A DNA stretch of 63,988 bases, filler included, from Candidatus Woesearchaeota archaeon (GCA_046538795.1; 6 parts of 6 records of this genome joined end to end with filler, not necessarily neighbours in it), one strand, 5' to 3'; positions 30,441 through 41,076 are shown, counted from the first letter of the whole stretch. Notes: generated by a model not told the origin, from the sequence alone. Made by a program: numbers and translations.

Positions 30441-31451
30441 GTGAGAACTATGGACGAAAAAATCATTGAAGAAATTGATATCCAAAACTACATAAAAGAT
30501 CTGGAAGATTATCCTTATCATCTTCTTGAAGCCTATGATCTTGCAAGAGGGGTTTCTATTAAAGGCAAGTTCGATAAGATCGTTGTTTCAGGCATGGGTG
30601 GATCAGGAATCAGCGGAGACATACTTAAAGTATTCATGGAAGACCAATCACCTGTTCCGGTATTTGTCAACAAGAGTTATGATCTTCCTAAATATGTCAA
30701 TGATAAAACACTAATGTTCATCATATCATACTCAGGAAACACAGAAGAAACTATCGATGTGTTCAAGAAAGCCATAAAGACAGGGTGTGAAATTGCTGTT
30801 ATCACATCAGGAGGAAAGCTAAAAGAACTTGCTCAGATGCATCAGACAAAACTTGTACTTATTCCAGGCAACCATCAGCCTAGAGCTTCTATGGGATTTC
30901 TTCTTGTACCTATATTAAGGATACTGGAAAACTCAGGTGCTATATCTGATATGGAAGATGTATTAAAGAAAATTGCATCCAACCTGAAAAATGAGATGTA
31001 TAAGAAAAAAGCAGAAGAATTAGCAAAAAACATTCAGGATAAGATTCCTTTGATCTATACTTCCGACAAACTTTACTGCATTGCCCTTAGATGGAAGACA
31101 CAATTTAATGAAAATACTAAAATACACGCCTTCTGGAATGTGTTTTCTGAGATGAACCATAACGAGATTGTGGGATATACAAAGCTTCTTGCAAAGCACC
31201 ACATGATAATAATATCTTCTGACATGGATCACCCAAGGATAAGAAAAAGATTTCAACTGGTCAAGAATCTTGTCAAAGAAAAGGGTGTTGATGTAACTGA
31301 AATGTCAGTAGTCGGAGATAATCTTCTTCACCAGATGCTTTCAGCAATATACATAGGCGACTGGACAAGTTATTTCCTATCTATCCTATATAGGATCGAT
31401 CCTTCACCTGTGGATATTATAGAAAACTTAAAGAAGGACCTAAAGAAATAG
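30441..31451 (+). CDS. Bifunctional phosphoglucose/phosphomannose isomerase (SIS)
   Basis: GMGGSGISG, SYSGNTEET, QPR, RWKTQFNEN, EMNHNE. Confidence 0.93.
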   Translation: MRTMDEKIIEEIDIQNYIKDLEDYPYHLLEAYDLARGVSIKGKFDKIVVSGMGGSGISGDILKVFMEDQSPVPVFVNKSYDLPKYVNDKTLMFIISYSGNTEETIDVFKKAIKTGCEIAVITSGGKLKELAQMHQTKLVLIPGNHQPRASMGFLLVPILRILENSGAISDMEDVLKKIASNLKNEMYKKKAEELAKNIQDKIPLIYTSDKLYCIALRWKTQFNENTKIHAFWNVFSEMNHNEIVGYTKLLAKHHMIIISSDMDHPRIRKRFQLVKNLVKEKGVDVTEMSVVGDNLLHQMLSAIYIGDWTSYFLSILYRIDPSPVDIIENLKKDLKK

Positions 31452-31464
31452 ATAATAGATTAGG

Positions 31465-32397
31465 ATGGATTATGTAATAGGAATAGATATGGGCGCAACC
31501 AAGATCCATTCAGCGCTTGTTTCCATGAAAGGAAAAATCATAGAAGAGTACAAGACACTTACTGAGTCTGACAAGTCTTCTGAAGTCACTATAAGTAAGA
31601 TAAGACATTCTATAAGCAAGCTTTGGAACAAGGATGTAAAAGCTATAGGCATAGGAATTCCAGGCCCTATAGACAGAAAAACAAAAAAAGCTTATCCTCC
31701 AAACATACCTAATATCAAAGGTATAAATATTGCCAAAGAACTTTCTGAATATAAAGATATGATTGTAACAGAAAATGATTCTAACTGTTTTGTGCTTGCT
31801 GAGCACAGGTTTGGAGAGGGAAGAAAATATAATAATATAATAGGGATTACTCTTGGGACTGGAGTTGGAGGAGGTATTATCGCAAATGGCCAGCTCCTTC
31901 TTGGTGAAAAAGGCATGGCTTCTGAAATAGGTCACATAACTATAGACAAGGATGGTTATCTGTGCAACTGCGGAAATCATGGTTGTCTTGAGATGTATGC
32001 TTCAGGCACAGCTATAGAGATGAGGACATTAAGGCATATTAAGATTAAGGATATCCCCACACGTCTCAAAGAAGAAGAAGTCACTGCTCTTAAGGTCCAT
32101 TATGTTGCTCTGAAAGGAGATAAGCTTGCAAAAAAAGTCATGTCTGACACAGGAAGATATTTGGGAATAGGAATATCTGCTCTCATAAACGTGTTTAATC
32201 CAGGTCTGATCGTATTTGGTGGAGGAGTGTCTGTTGCTCTTCCTTCCATGAACAAGACACTTAGTGCAACAATAAAAGAAAGGGCAATGCATCCTGCCAA
32301 CAAAGTCAGGATGGTTGTCTCAAGACTTAAGCATCCCGGAACACTAGGAGCAGCATGTGTTGCAATCGATTTTTTCAAAGAAAATCAGGGAAGTTAA
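31465..32397 (+). CDS. ROK family sugar kinase (glucokinase)
   Basis: GIDMGATK, ENDSN, GTGVGGG, EIGH, CNCG..GCLE. Confidence 0.93.
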   Translation: MDYVIGIDMGATKIHSALVSMKGKIIEEYKTLTESDKSSEVTISKIRHSISKLWNKDVKAIGIGIPGPIDRKTKKAYPPNIPNIKGINIAKELSEYKDMIVTENDSNCFVLAEHRFGEGRKYNNIIGITLGTGVGGGIIANGQLLLGEKGMASEIGHITIDKDGYLCNCGNHGCLEMYASGTAIEMRTLRHIKIKDIPTRLKEEEVTALKVHYVALKGDKLAKKVMSDTGRYLGIGISALINVFNPGLIVFGGGVSVALPSMNKTLSATIKERAMHPANKVRMVVSRLKHPGTLGAACVAIDFFKENQGS

Positions 32398-32400
32398 ATA

Positions 32401-32901
32401 ATGATGATAATAAAAAAATTCATGGAATCTTTTGAGGGAAAATATCCTATATTCTTTACATTATTTGTACTTGGATTATTCATACCTCCGCTTCTTGCAA
32501 TATCATGTGTATATTTTCTTGCAAAAATATATGATAAAAAACCCAAGGTATTTGACGAGAAACTGATCTCATATTTTATAATACAAACAGGGCATCTTCT
32601 TATCATAGGATTCCTTGCTAGGTTAAGGTATCCAGGAAATATATACACTATACCAAACATATTGAGAGTTGGTATACTGGGTTCAATAATTGCAACAATA
32701 TTTATCTATCCTTTTGTATATACATGGATAAATTATGATTATCTCAAATATAAGAAACGTATAAGAGGATTGAGAGATACAAGAATAGGAAAATTTTTTA
32801 GAAAACATATTGATGAAATCGAACAAAAAAGAGAAGAAAAAAAGAATAAAAACAGGATTAAGACACGACCTGCGTCTTATAAAAAGAAAACTAAAAAATA
32901 A
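32401..32901 (+). CDS. Hypothetical membrane protein
   Basis: 3 TM segments, basic tail. Confidence 0.65.
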   Translation: MMIIKKFMESFEGKYPIFFTLFVLGLFIPPLLAISCVYFLAKIYDKKPKVFDEKLISYFIIQTGHLLIIGFLARLRYPGNIYTIPNILRVGILGSIIATIFIYPFVYTWINYDYLKYKKRIRGLRDTRIGKFFRKHIDEIEQKREEKKNKNRIKTRPASYKKKTKK

Positions 32902-32966
32902 TCTGCTTATACTTATCAATATTCTATCATAATAATATTTAAAAAGAATCTGCTTATTACAGTTTC

Positions 32967-35447
32967 ATGCTTCTTAAACAGATAATACTCCGAAATATAC
33001 GTTCCTATGTAAATGAAACTATAGTCTTTCCAAGAGGAAGCGTTCTTTTATGGGGAGACATAGGATCAGGAAAAAGCACTATTCTTCTTGGTATAGAGTT
33101 CGCTTTGTTTGGGCTTAAGCGCGGAGAACTTTCAGGAAGTCAGCTTTTGAGAAATGGTAAAAATGAAGGAACAGTTGAACTAAGTTTTAATCTTGACCAA
33201 AAAGATGTAATTATCAAAAGAAGCCTCAAACGTACTCCATCAGGAGTAAAACAGGATTCAGGGCATATCATTGTAAATGGAATAAAGACTGAAGCTACTG
33301 CAGTCGAACTCAAATCAAAGATTCTTGATATACTTGGATATCCAAAAGACCTTGTATCAAAATCAAAAGACCTTGTATTCAGATATACCATATATACTCC
33401 GCAGGAAGCCATGAAAAACATCATATTTGCAGACAAGGAAGAACGCCTTGATATACTTAGACGAGTTTTTAACATCGACAAATACAAGAGGATAAGAGAT
33501 AATCTTCAGGTAATTCATAAGACTATCAGAGATAATGTCAAAGAATATGAAGGAAGGATATATTCTCTTCCTGAAAAAAGAAAGCAGGCGCAGGAAGTTC
33601 TTTTTGATATAAAAGCCATGCAGGAAAAGGCAAGGAACCTAATACCAAGACTTAAAGAATCAAAAGAAAAAATCGCAAAGGCGGTTTCAGAAATAAATTC
33701 GTTATCAGAAAAAGAAAAAGACCTGAATGAAACCAAAAAAAATCTTGAACTAAAAAATCAGTCGATCAATAATCTTGATGAACAGAAAAAAAATTATGAT
33801 AATGAAGTAAAAAAAATATCGGCTGAAAAAAACAATCTCCAGAAAAAAATAACAGAACTTCATGTTGAATCTGTTGATATCGCTTTGCTTGAGAAAAATA
33901 CTAAAGAACTTGAGAACGAAATCGAGAACATGGAAAATGAATATAACAAGAGAAAAAACAATAATGATATCATATCTGAACGAATCAAATCATTAAAGGA
34001 TAATATCAGGCAGTACACAAAAGAAACTTCTTCAAGAAAAGAGGCTGAAGCACGTGTCCTTGAAAAAAAACAGGAACTAAAAAATCTTCTTACTGTCATA
34101 AAACACAAAGAAGATCTGGAAAAGAATATTGAGAAGATCGAAAAAATAACAGAAAAGCTAAGTTCCATGATAACTGAAAAAGCAGTCAACCTAAAAAATT
34201 CTGAAAAAATAATTGATGATATAAAGGAGATAGATAAGTGTCCTACCTGTCATCAGGATGTTAGCGAAGAATACAAGAAACAGATGAGAAAAGAGAAAAA
34301 TAAAAGAATCGAAGATCTGAAAAAAGAGCATGAAGAACTTATAAGAAAAAAAGAAGAATATCAGGAAAGGCTCTCTCAAAGCAAAGAAAACATAAAAGTG
34401 ATGATTGACAAGGAAAAAGAGATAGAAAAAGTAAAAGCTGAAATCTCTTCAGAGGAAAAGTCATTCAAGGAATTTGATCTTAAAAAGAATCTCATAAAGG
34501 AATATGAAGAAAAGATCAGAATGCTTGAGCAGAAAATAACTTTAGGCGACATTCTCCAGACCATGAAAAATACAGTTGCACAAAAAAAGGTCAATCTTAA
34601 AGATATGCAGAAAGAATATAACAAGGTCAAAGAAAGAAAGCTTCTTGAAAGTTCTCTTGAAGATAAAAACAAAAGAATTTCAGAGATTAATGAATACATG
34701 AAAGATTATAATAACAGAAGAAAAGAATTATTCAGCCAGAAAACTTCTCTTGAGGAAAAGATTAATTTGATGAAAAACCTGGAAAAAGAAATTTCAAACA
34801 AAAAGAAAGAACATGAAGAAATCCTTGAAAAAGACAAGGAGCTTGAGATAAAAAAGGCAGAAATAATCAAAGAAAAAAATTCACTCTTGAAGCAGAAAGA
34901 AAACCTTGATTCAGAGATCAAAGAGATGCTTTTATGCAAGAAAAAAATCTTGTATCTAAAAGAGATGAGAAGCTGGCTTTCTGATTATTTTACCAATCTT
35001 ACTGTTGTTATCGAAAAGCACATAATGCAGAGAGTCTATCATGAATTTGACGAACTTTTCAGAGATTGGTTCTCTGTTCTTATGGAAACTGATGTTATAA
35101 ATGTAAGGCTGGATGAGGAATTCACACCTGTGATTGAACAAAATGGTTATGAAACATATTCTGATAATCTTTCAGGTGGGGAAAAGACAAGTCTTGCTCT
35201 ATCTTACAGGCTTGCTTTGAACAAGGTTATAAATGACTGCATAGAGAATATAAGAACAAAAGATCTTCTTATACTTGACGAGCCGACCGATGGCTTTTCA
35301 TCAGAGCAGCTTGACAGGATAAGGGATGTTCTTGAACAGATAAATATTCCTCAGGTAATAATCGTATCCCATGAAACAAAGATTGAAAGTTTTGTGGATT
35401 CTATAATTAAGGTTCATAAAACAGAACATGTGTCAAGGATCGTCTGA
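32967..35447 (+). CDS. Rad50/SbcC-like SMC ATPase
   Basis: GDIGSGKS, coiled coil with CPTC zinc hook, LSGGE, LILDEPT. Confidence 0.9.
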   Translation: MLLKQIILRNIRSYVNETIVFPRGSVLLWGDIGSGKSTILLGIEFALFGLKRGELSGSQLLRNGKNEGTVELSFNLDQKDVIIKRSLKRTPSGVKQDSGHIIVNGIKTEATAVELKSKILDILGYPKDLVSKSKDLVFRYTIYTPQEAMKNIIFADKEERLDILRRVFNIDKYKRIRDNLQVIHKTIRDNVKEYEGRIYSLPEKRKQAQEVLFDIKAMQEKARNLIPRLKESKEKIAKAVSEINSLSEKEKDLNETKKNLELKNQSINNLDEQKKNYDNEVKKISAEKNNLQKKITELHVESVDIALLEKNTKELENEIENMENEYNKRKNNNDIISERIKSLKDNIRQYTKETSSRKEAEARVLEKKQELKNLLTVIKHKEDLEKNIEKIEKITEKLSSMITEKAVNLKNSEKIIDDIKEIDKCPTCHQDVSEEYKKQMRKEKNKRIEDLKKEHEELIRKKEEYQERLSQSKENIKVMIDKEKEIEKVKAEISSEEKSFKEFDLKKNLIKEYEEKIRMLEQKITLGDILQTMKNTVAQKKVNLKDMQKEYNKVKERKLLESSLEDKNKRISEINEYMKDYNNRRKELFSQKTSLEEKINLMKNLEKEISNKKKEHEEILEKDKELEIKKAEIIKEKNSLLKQKENLDSEIKEMLLCKKKILYLKEMRSWLSDYFTNLTVVIEKHIMQRVYHEFDELFRDWFSVLMETDVINVRLDEEFTPVIEQNGYETYSDNLSGGEKTSLALSYRLALNKVINDCIENIRTKDLLILDEPTDGFSSEQLDRIRDVLEQINIPQVIIVSHETKIESFVDSIIKVHKTEHVSRIV

Positions 35448-35466
35448 AGAACAGTTTGGAATACCT

Positions 35467-36087
35467 TCATGCAAATGACGACAACAAGGCAACTGCAAAA
35501 TTTGAGAACAGGAAAAAGTTCAAGGTAATATTTATTGCAACACCAGGTATATCTCTTGCGACTCGTCCAGGGTTTGATACATAAGTCAATCCTACAAATA
35601 TGAGATTTCTTAGTATAAGTATGACAATTCCTGCAACAATCCCTCCTAAGGGGGATAATGCCGAAGCGATAAAGCAAAGAACAGAATAAACAATTGCCTT
35701 TCCAAAGAAAAATGAACAAAAATTTCCCTGTACAAGATATTCCAAAAATAAAAGAAGCAATGCGAAAACTGTTCCAAAAACAGGATTGACTGCAATTGAT
35801 ATGATTGCAGAGTAAAAGGTAATAAGCTCAAGTCCCAAACTTACAGGTACTAGTCTTTTATACATACTAACAATAGACGATGTTAATATCATAACGAATA
35901 GAGTTCCAAAGAAAAGTATCTTTTCAAAATTAACATAGATAAGAACCAGAATCAGGGGAACATACCAATATTTTAGGAAATTCCTAACCTTATTACTTGG
36001 CTTGTTAAAAACATAAGAATTAACATCATTCAACTCATTATGGTTTCTGTTTTTGTAGTCAAATTCAGCCATCAAGATCAATGACAT
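35467..36087 (-). CDS. Hypothetical multi-pass membrane protein
   Basis: 206-aa hydrophobic ORF. Confidence 0.7.
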   Translation of the reverse strand: MSLILMAEFDYKNRNHNELNDVNSYVFNKPSNKVRNFLKYWYVPLILVLIYVNFEKILFFGTLFVMILTSSIVSMYKRLVPVSLGLELITFYSAIISIAVNPVFGTVFALLLLFLEYLVQGNFCSFFFGKAIVYSVLCFIASALSPLGGIVAGIVILILRNLIFVGLTYVSNPGRVARDIPGVAINITLNFFLFSNFAVALLSSFA

Positions 36088-36165
36088 GCAATTAGTATAT
36101 AAAAATTATCTTTTAAAAGTTCAATTGAATAAAGAAAATCAATAAAAGAAATTGAAGAAAATAAA

Positions 36166-36206
36166 CGCCGGAGCTGGGATTCGCTAGAAATTTTAAAAAA
36201 ATTTCT
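36166..36206 (-). tRNA. tRNA 3' fragment with a hairpin inserted in the T-loop, cut by the contig end
   Basis: Minus strand CGAATCCCAG-CTCCGGC-G (T-arm, acceptor strand, G discriminator) preceded by an AGAAATTT/AAATTTCT hairpin. Confidence 0.6.
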
Positions 36207-36306
36207 NNNNNNNNNNNNNNNNNNNNNNNNNNNNNNNNNNNNNNNNNNNNTTAATTAATTAANNNNNNNNNNNNNNNNNNNNNNNNNNNNNNNNNNNNNN
36301 NNNNNN
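36207..36306. other. Assembly spacer
   Basis: N run with TTAATTAATTAA. Confidence 0.99.
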
Positions 36307-36432
36307 CTATTGACTGCTGGTGCAGGGCTTTTAAGAGGTTTTGCGCTTACCACCATCATGGGAGTAACAATTGGAATACTTGTCACAAGACCTGCTTTTG
36401 CAGCGATAATCGAGAGGCTCTTTAAGGAATAA
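36307..36432 (+). CDS. secD: SecD C-terminal fragment at contig start
   Basis: GAGLLRGFALTTIMGVTIGILVTRPAF. Confidence 0.85.
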   Translation, partial: LLTAGAGLLRGFALTTIMGVTIGILVTRPAFAAIIERLFKE

Positions 36433-36449
36433 ATAGATGGTTTTCAAAA

Positions 36450-36878
36450 ATGTCGAGCCACATATCAAAGCATGATTATATGAAATCAAATACGATAAAA
36501 GGTACAAGAAAAATGACTACAGGACTAATAATCGTTCTTATCATTGTTTTTGTCGCTTCATTCGGTCAGATACTTCTTAAATCTGGTGTCAGTGAGGTCG
36601 GCGGACTAAAAGTATCTGAGATCATTTCAACGAGATTATTCAAAGTGTTGTTCAGTCCTAAGATATTTTTTGGTATCATGCTTTACGCGGCTTCAATGGT
36701 TTTCTGGATTGTTGCATTGTCCACTATGGATGTTTCGCAGATGTATCCTTTGATTAGTTTAGGTTATATTGTTACAGCTCTATTTTCAATGATATTTCTT
36801 AAAGAGAACGTAACTTTGATGAGGTGGGCAGGAATATTCATGATCGTTGGCGGAGCTATCTTAGTATTGAAAAGTTGA
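36450..36878 (+). CDS. EamA/ArnF-like small DMT transporter (start probably 36513)
   Basis: GQILLKSG, YPLISLGY, FLKE.V...RWAG. Confidence 0.85.
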   Translation: MSSHISKHDYMKSNTIKGTRKMTTGLIIVLIIVFVASFGQILLKSGVSEVGGLKVSEIISTRLFKVLFSPKIFFGIMLYAASMVFWIVALSTMDVSQMYPLISLGYIVTALFSMIFLKENVTLMRWAGIFMIVGGAILVLKS

Positions 36879-36881
36879 TTT

Positions 36882-37100
36882 TTATTCTGGTTTTTTTGTG
36901 ATGTAGAGTTCATTCCACGTATCATGTCCTGATCCTAAGAAATCTACTGTATGCCTATGAACTTTTCCACACCTGCATCTTATTGTCTTGTAATGGAATC
37001 CTTCGACCCATTCAGATTCTCTTTCTGATAGATCAGAATTACAATAATAGCAAGTCATTATAGAAGAATTATCTCTGGATTTAATCATGTGTTCAAGCAT
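36882..37100 (-). CDS. Small putative zinc-ribbon protein
   Basis: CYYC...CRCG; SD-like GGGGGT. Confidence 0.6.
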   Translation of the reverse strand: MLEHMIKSRDNSSIMTCYYCNSDLSERESEWVEGFHYKTIRCRCGKVHRHTVDFLGSGHDTWNELYITKKPE

Positions 37101-37248
37101 ACTCTAATACCCCTTTTTATGTGGTCTCTGTATTCCCTGTAGTTTCTTTTAAATTTCGGTCTGCAATAGATTATAAAGCTTTTGTTTTAGTTGATTTTTG
37201 GCATTCTCATCCACTAAACTTATAAACATCTTTGTCTTTTTTTATGAC

Positions 37249-37983
37249 ATGCCAAACTTTTGGAATGTAATAAATAAGGTCATTAGAGATGCAGATATTA
37301 TTCTTGAAGTTCTTGATGCCCGCATGATTGAAGAGACAAGAAACAAGGAGATCGAGCTAAAGGTAGTAAGATCAGGAAAACCTCTTGTTTTTGTTATAAA
37401 CAAGTGCGATCTTGTGGTTCCTAAGAAAATAAAAGAGATGACAAAGACAATGCACCCTTGTGTACTTGTTTCTGCAAGAGAAAAACAGGGAATAAGAAAA
37501 CTAAGAGAGATAGCGCTTTCAAAATCAGGTACAAAAAAAGAGGTTAATTTAGGCATTGTGGGCTATCCAAACACAGGGAAAAGCTCTATAATAAACGCTC
37601 TTTCAGGTTCAGGAAAAGCAAGGACATCATCACAATCAGGATTCACCAAAGGAGCTCAGAATATCAGAGCAAGCAAAAAGATACACATAATCGATACTCC
37701 GGGAGTCATTCCCTACGGAGAAAAAGATCATATCAAACATACTCTCACTTCAACAGTCGATTTTGCTCATGCAAAAGATCCTGATCTTGCTGTTTTTGAA
37801 CTGATGAAAAAATTTCCCGGTAAAATAGAAGAATTTTATAATGTTCAAAAGATGGATGATTGCGAAGAAGTCCTTGAGAATATTGCGATAAAAATGAACA
37901 AAGTAAGAAAAGGCGGAGAGCCTGATATAGAAACGGCTTCAAGGATGATACTTAAAGATTGGCAGAAAGGAAAAATATTGTAG
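37249..37983 (+). CDS. Circularly permuted YlqF/RbgA-family GTPase
   Basis: LDAR, NKCD, GYPNTGKSS, DTPG in permuted order. Confidence 0.92.
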   Translation: MPNFWNVINKVIRDADIILEVLDARMIEETRNKEIELKVVRSGKPLVFVINKCDLVVPKKIKEMTKTMHPCVLVSAREKQGIRKLREIALSKSGTKKEVNLGIVGYPNTGKSSIINALSGSGKARTSSQSGFTKGAQNIRASKKIHIIDTPGVIPYGEKDHIKHTLTSTVDFAHAKDPDLAVFELMKKFPGKIEEFYNVQKMDDCEEVLENIAIKMNKVRKGGEPDIETASRMILKDWQKGKIL

Positions 37984-37984
37984 A

Positions 37985-39112
37985 TCAGACTGATTTCCAG
38001 TTAATCTTGTCAAGATCATGAAGTTTTCCTGAATCTCCTTTTCCTGTCATATTATCCCAGTATTTTGAATAATTTTTTATTGATTCTCTCATAAGATATC
38101 TTGATATTTCTGCTTCGTTCATAGGTCTTGGCTTTGGCTTTTTTCCTTCTTCACTGCCGTAATATACAATCACCCTTTGCATATTTCTCCACAGATTTAT
38201 TGTACTTTTTTTAGGTACAGGGAACATGCTCACTTTTTCTGCAGAAAATGATTCAAGACAAGCTATCCAATATGCAGCGATAGAATGCATATCCCAAAGT
38301 GTTGATGATCTGTCTTTTGTGTTTATGTCTCCTGCAGTATATGGGCACGAGTGTTCTGTTTCCATGTTTATCCCTGAATATAATGCTTTTTCAGCAGATA
38401 TGTTTTTATTCATGGGTACAGGTGAAATCTTTACAGGATAGCTGTCTTTTTCATTGTTTTTTTCAAATTCCTTTTTGCTTCGTGAAGGTATTTTTGCAAC
38501 AATAGTATTACCTAAAGATTCATCACTCGAGGGATATACGCTTAATATATCTCCAGAATCATCGTTGTTTAGTGTCCAGGTTATTATTTTTGCAGCTTCT
38601 ATACAGTCATGAGGATAGAATATGTTATGCCTGTATCCTCTTGCTTTTGTACTTCTCCAGCCCATAGATGAAAATTCCTTAAGATTTATTGTTTTGTTGA
38701 AGACTTCCCTTCGCAGATATTTTGTCGGTTCATCCAGTACCTTGTGTTCAAGATTATGTATGATACCTTCCGGAACATTATTGATCTGCATCCTTTTTGT
38801 TGCTATATTGGCCATATTTTTTATGGCTTTTTCAACATCGTTTTCTGAATATGGTTTTAAAAAATCGATTGTTTCTGCATAATGCAGATATTTATTTCTT
38901 GTTCTTTCAGGTTCATGTTGTCTGAACATTTGTGGAAGCAGGATATCATTTACCATAAGATACTGATCAGGCCTAAGAGAAAGAAGTTTTTCTTCAAAAT
39001 CATCTCTGTCTGTAGCAATTACTTTTCTTTTTCCTTCTTTGATTTCAGTAAAATTAGGTCTTCTGAAAAATTCAAATCTTTGCAATCTTTTGATTTCATC
39101 GTCAAGAGCCAT
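37985..39112 (-). CDS. Hypothetical protein
   Basis: 375-aa ORF; HSC...WDMH is weakly SWIM-like. Confidence 0.7.
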   Translation of the reverse strand: MALDDEIKRLQRFEFFRRPNFTEIKEGKRKVIATDRDDFEEKLLSLRPDQYLMVNDILLPQMFRQHEPERTRNKYLHYAETIDFLKPYSENDVEKAIKNMANIATKRMQINNVPEGIIHNLEHKVLDEPTKYLRREVFNKTINLKEFSSMGWRSTKARGYRHNIFYPHDCIEAAKIITWTLNNDDSGDILSVYPSSDESLGNTIVAKIPSRSKKEFEKNNEKDSYPVKISPVPMNKNISAEKALYSGINMETEHSCPYTAGDINTKDRSSTLWDMHSIAAYWIACLESFSAEKVSMFPVPKKSTINLWRNMQRVIVYYGSEEGKKPKPRPMNEAEISRYLMRESIKNYSKYWDNMTGKGDSGKLHDLDKINWKSV

Positions 39113-39376
39113 TGTTAACTCAAGAAATTTGTCTTTGTTTAAAAAGATGCCTTTTACAAAAAACCAGATAGTATTTTATTCAATATCCAAAGAACAATTT
39201 TGGCTTTGCAGAATTGCCATCCCACTTCAATTAGTTCGTCACTTGCTCACAAAATTTTGTCTGCTCTTGCCAACTATTGGTTTCGTCAATATGGCAACAA
39301 TGGCACAGATAGTTAGCAATTATACTAAATCAATAAATTCATTAATTTTATAAACAAATAAAGATTATTCTGGTTT

Positions 39377-40405
39377 ATGACTATATATCTTTATACAAAT
39401 CTCTTAGGATGTTTTCTTTTTGATGAGAAAGGGAAATTATTAGATAAGACTCTTTTTAAGAAAGATTTTTTGGATATGTTTCTTAAGATACGTAATGGAG
39501 ACTGGATTAATGAAGAAGGGAATCTTATAGAAAAATTTCGTTCAAAAAAGGCTCAGCTAGTAAAAGTAATAAACAGAAAAAATGAATATTTCCATGATTC
39601 AGAGCCTGCTTTGATGGACGATCCTGTGATCGTACTGATACTGTCCTATTTTGCAAAAAATGAGTTTTTTGATGAGTTCAGGAAACGAAATACAGAACTT
39701 ACAAGATATGACATGAAAAACATAAAGTCAAATGATTTTCTTATAATACAGGCAGTAAACAATATTGAGGAGCTTGAGCATTCGACAAACACTCTTTCGA
39801 AACGTCTTAGAGAATGGTATGAATTATACTTTCCAGAAATATCAAAGAAAATAAATGATCATAAAAGATTCGCTGAAACCATAATAGATAAGTCAAGAGA
39901 TGAACTGATGAAAGCAGAGAACATAAAAGACTCAATGGGTGTCTCCCTTAGCCAAAATGATCTTAAGCCAATTTTTGATCTTGCAAAAGGTGTTTTAGAA
40001 CTATTTGAACTTAAGGAAAAACATCTTTCATATCTTGATGATTCTTTGGAAACATACTGTCCTAACCTTAAGGCTATTGCAGGAACAAGCATTGCAGCAA
40101 AACTTATTGCTTTATCCGGAAGCCTTGAAAGATTATCGATTTTCCCATCATCTACAATACAGACATTAGGTGCTGAAAAGGCTATGTTTCGTCATCTGAA
40201 AACTGGCCAAAAACCGCCTAAATATGGTATAATACTTATGCATCCTATAGTCGCTTCAGGAAAGAAAGACAAAGGAAAGATTGCAAGAATGCTTGCAAAC
40301 AAGATATCTCTTGCTTCTAAAGTTGATTATTTTCGCGGAGATGAATACAAGGGATATGAATTGAGAGAAAATCTTGAAAAAGAGGTTAAGAAACTTTTAA
40401 GATGA
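39377..40405 (+). CDS. nop5: C/D box sRNP protein Nop5
   Basis: RLREWY..YFPE, PSSTIQTLGAEKAMFRHL, PPKYG. Confidence 0.95.
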   Translation: MTIYLYTNLLGCFLFDEKGKLLDKTLFKKDFLDMFLKIRNGDWINEEGNLIEKFRSKKAQLVKVINRKNEYFHDSEPALMDDPVIVLILSYFAKNEFFDEFRKRNTELTRYDMKNIKSNDFLIIQAVNNIEELEHSTNTLSKRLREWYELYFPEISKKINDHKRFAETIIDKSRDELMKAENIKDSMGVSLSQNDLKPIFDLAKGVLELFELKEKHLSYLDDSLETYCPNLKAIAGTSIAAKLIALSGSLERLSIFPSSTIQTLGAEKAMFRHLKTGQKPPKYGIILMHPIVASGKKDKGKIARMLANKISLASKVDYFRGDEYKGYELRENLEKEVKKLLR

Positions 40406-41055
40406 GACCGCTGCCACACAGAAATGTTTTTGAGGATCGGGGAAAGATACTTACAAAAAATATGAATAAAGGTATATCTGTTTATGGAGAAAGACTTATT
40501 TCCATGAAAGGTGTTGAATATAGGCAGTGGGATCCAAAAAGATCAAAGCTTGGAGCTGCAATCATGAAAAAGGTAAATCTTCCCAAGTTTTCTGAAAAGG
40601 ATATCTGGCTTTATCTTGGTTCTGCATCAGGTACAAGCGTAAGTCATATTTCTGATATCGCTCTAAAAGGTACTATCTATGCTGTTGAGTTTGCTCCTCG
40701 TGTTATGAGAGATTTTTTATTCATGGCAGAGAAAAGAGATAATATTTCTCCTATTCTTGGAGATGCTTTCCATCCTGAAAGATATGATTCAAGAATTGCG
40801 ATGGTTGATATCTTATTCCAGGACATTGCACAAAAATCACAGGTTGATATATTTCTTAAGAACATGCGTTTCTTGAAAGATTCAGGTACTGCAATAATAG
40901 CTGTAAAAGCAAGAAGTATAGATGTTTCCAAGAAACCAAAGATGATCTTTGATATGGTAAGAAAGCAGCTTCAGGATGAAGTAAAGATAATCGATTCCAA
41001 GATGCTTGAACCTTTTGAAGAAGATCATTGTGTTTTTGTATGTAAAAAGAAATAA
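40402..41055 (+). CDS. flpA: Fibrillarin rRNA 2'-O-methyltransferase
   Basis: VYGE, WDPKRSKLGAA, YLGSASGT, VEFAPR, QDIAQ. Confidence 0.95.
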   Translation: MRPLPHRNVFEDRGKILTKNMNKGISVYGERLISMKGVEYRQWDPKRSKLGAAIMKKVNLPKFSEKDIWLYLGSASGTSVSHISDIALKGTIYAVEFAPRVMRDFLFMAEKRDNISPILGDAFHPERYDSRIAMVDILFQDIAQKSQVDIFLKNMRFLKDSGTAIIAVKARSIDVSKKPKMIFDMVRKQLQDEVKIIDSKMLEPFEEDHCVFVCKKK

Positions 41056-41076
41056 AATAAGTTAATTATTATTTTT

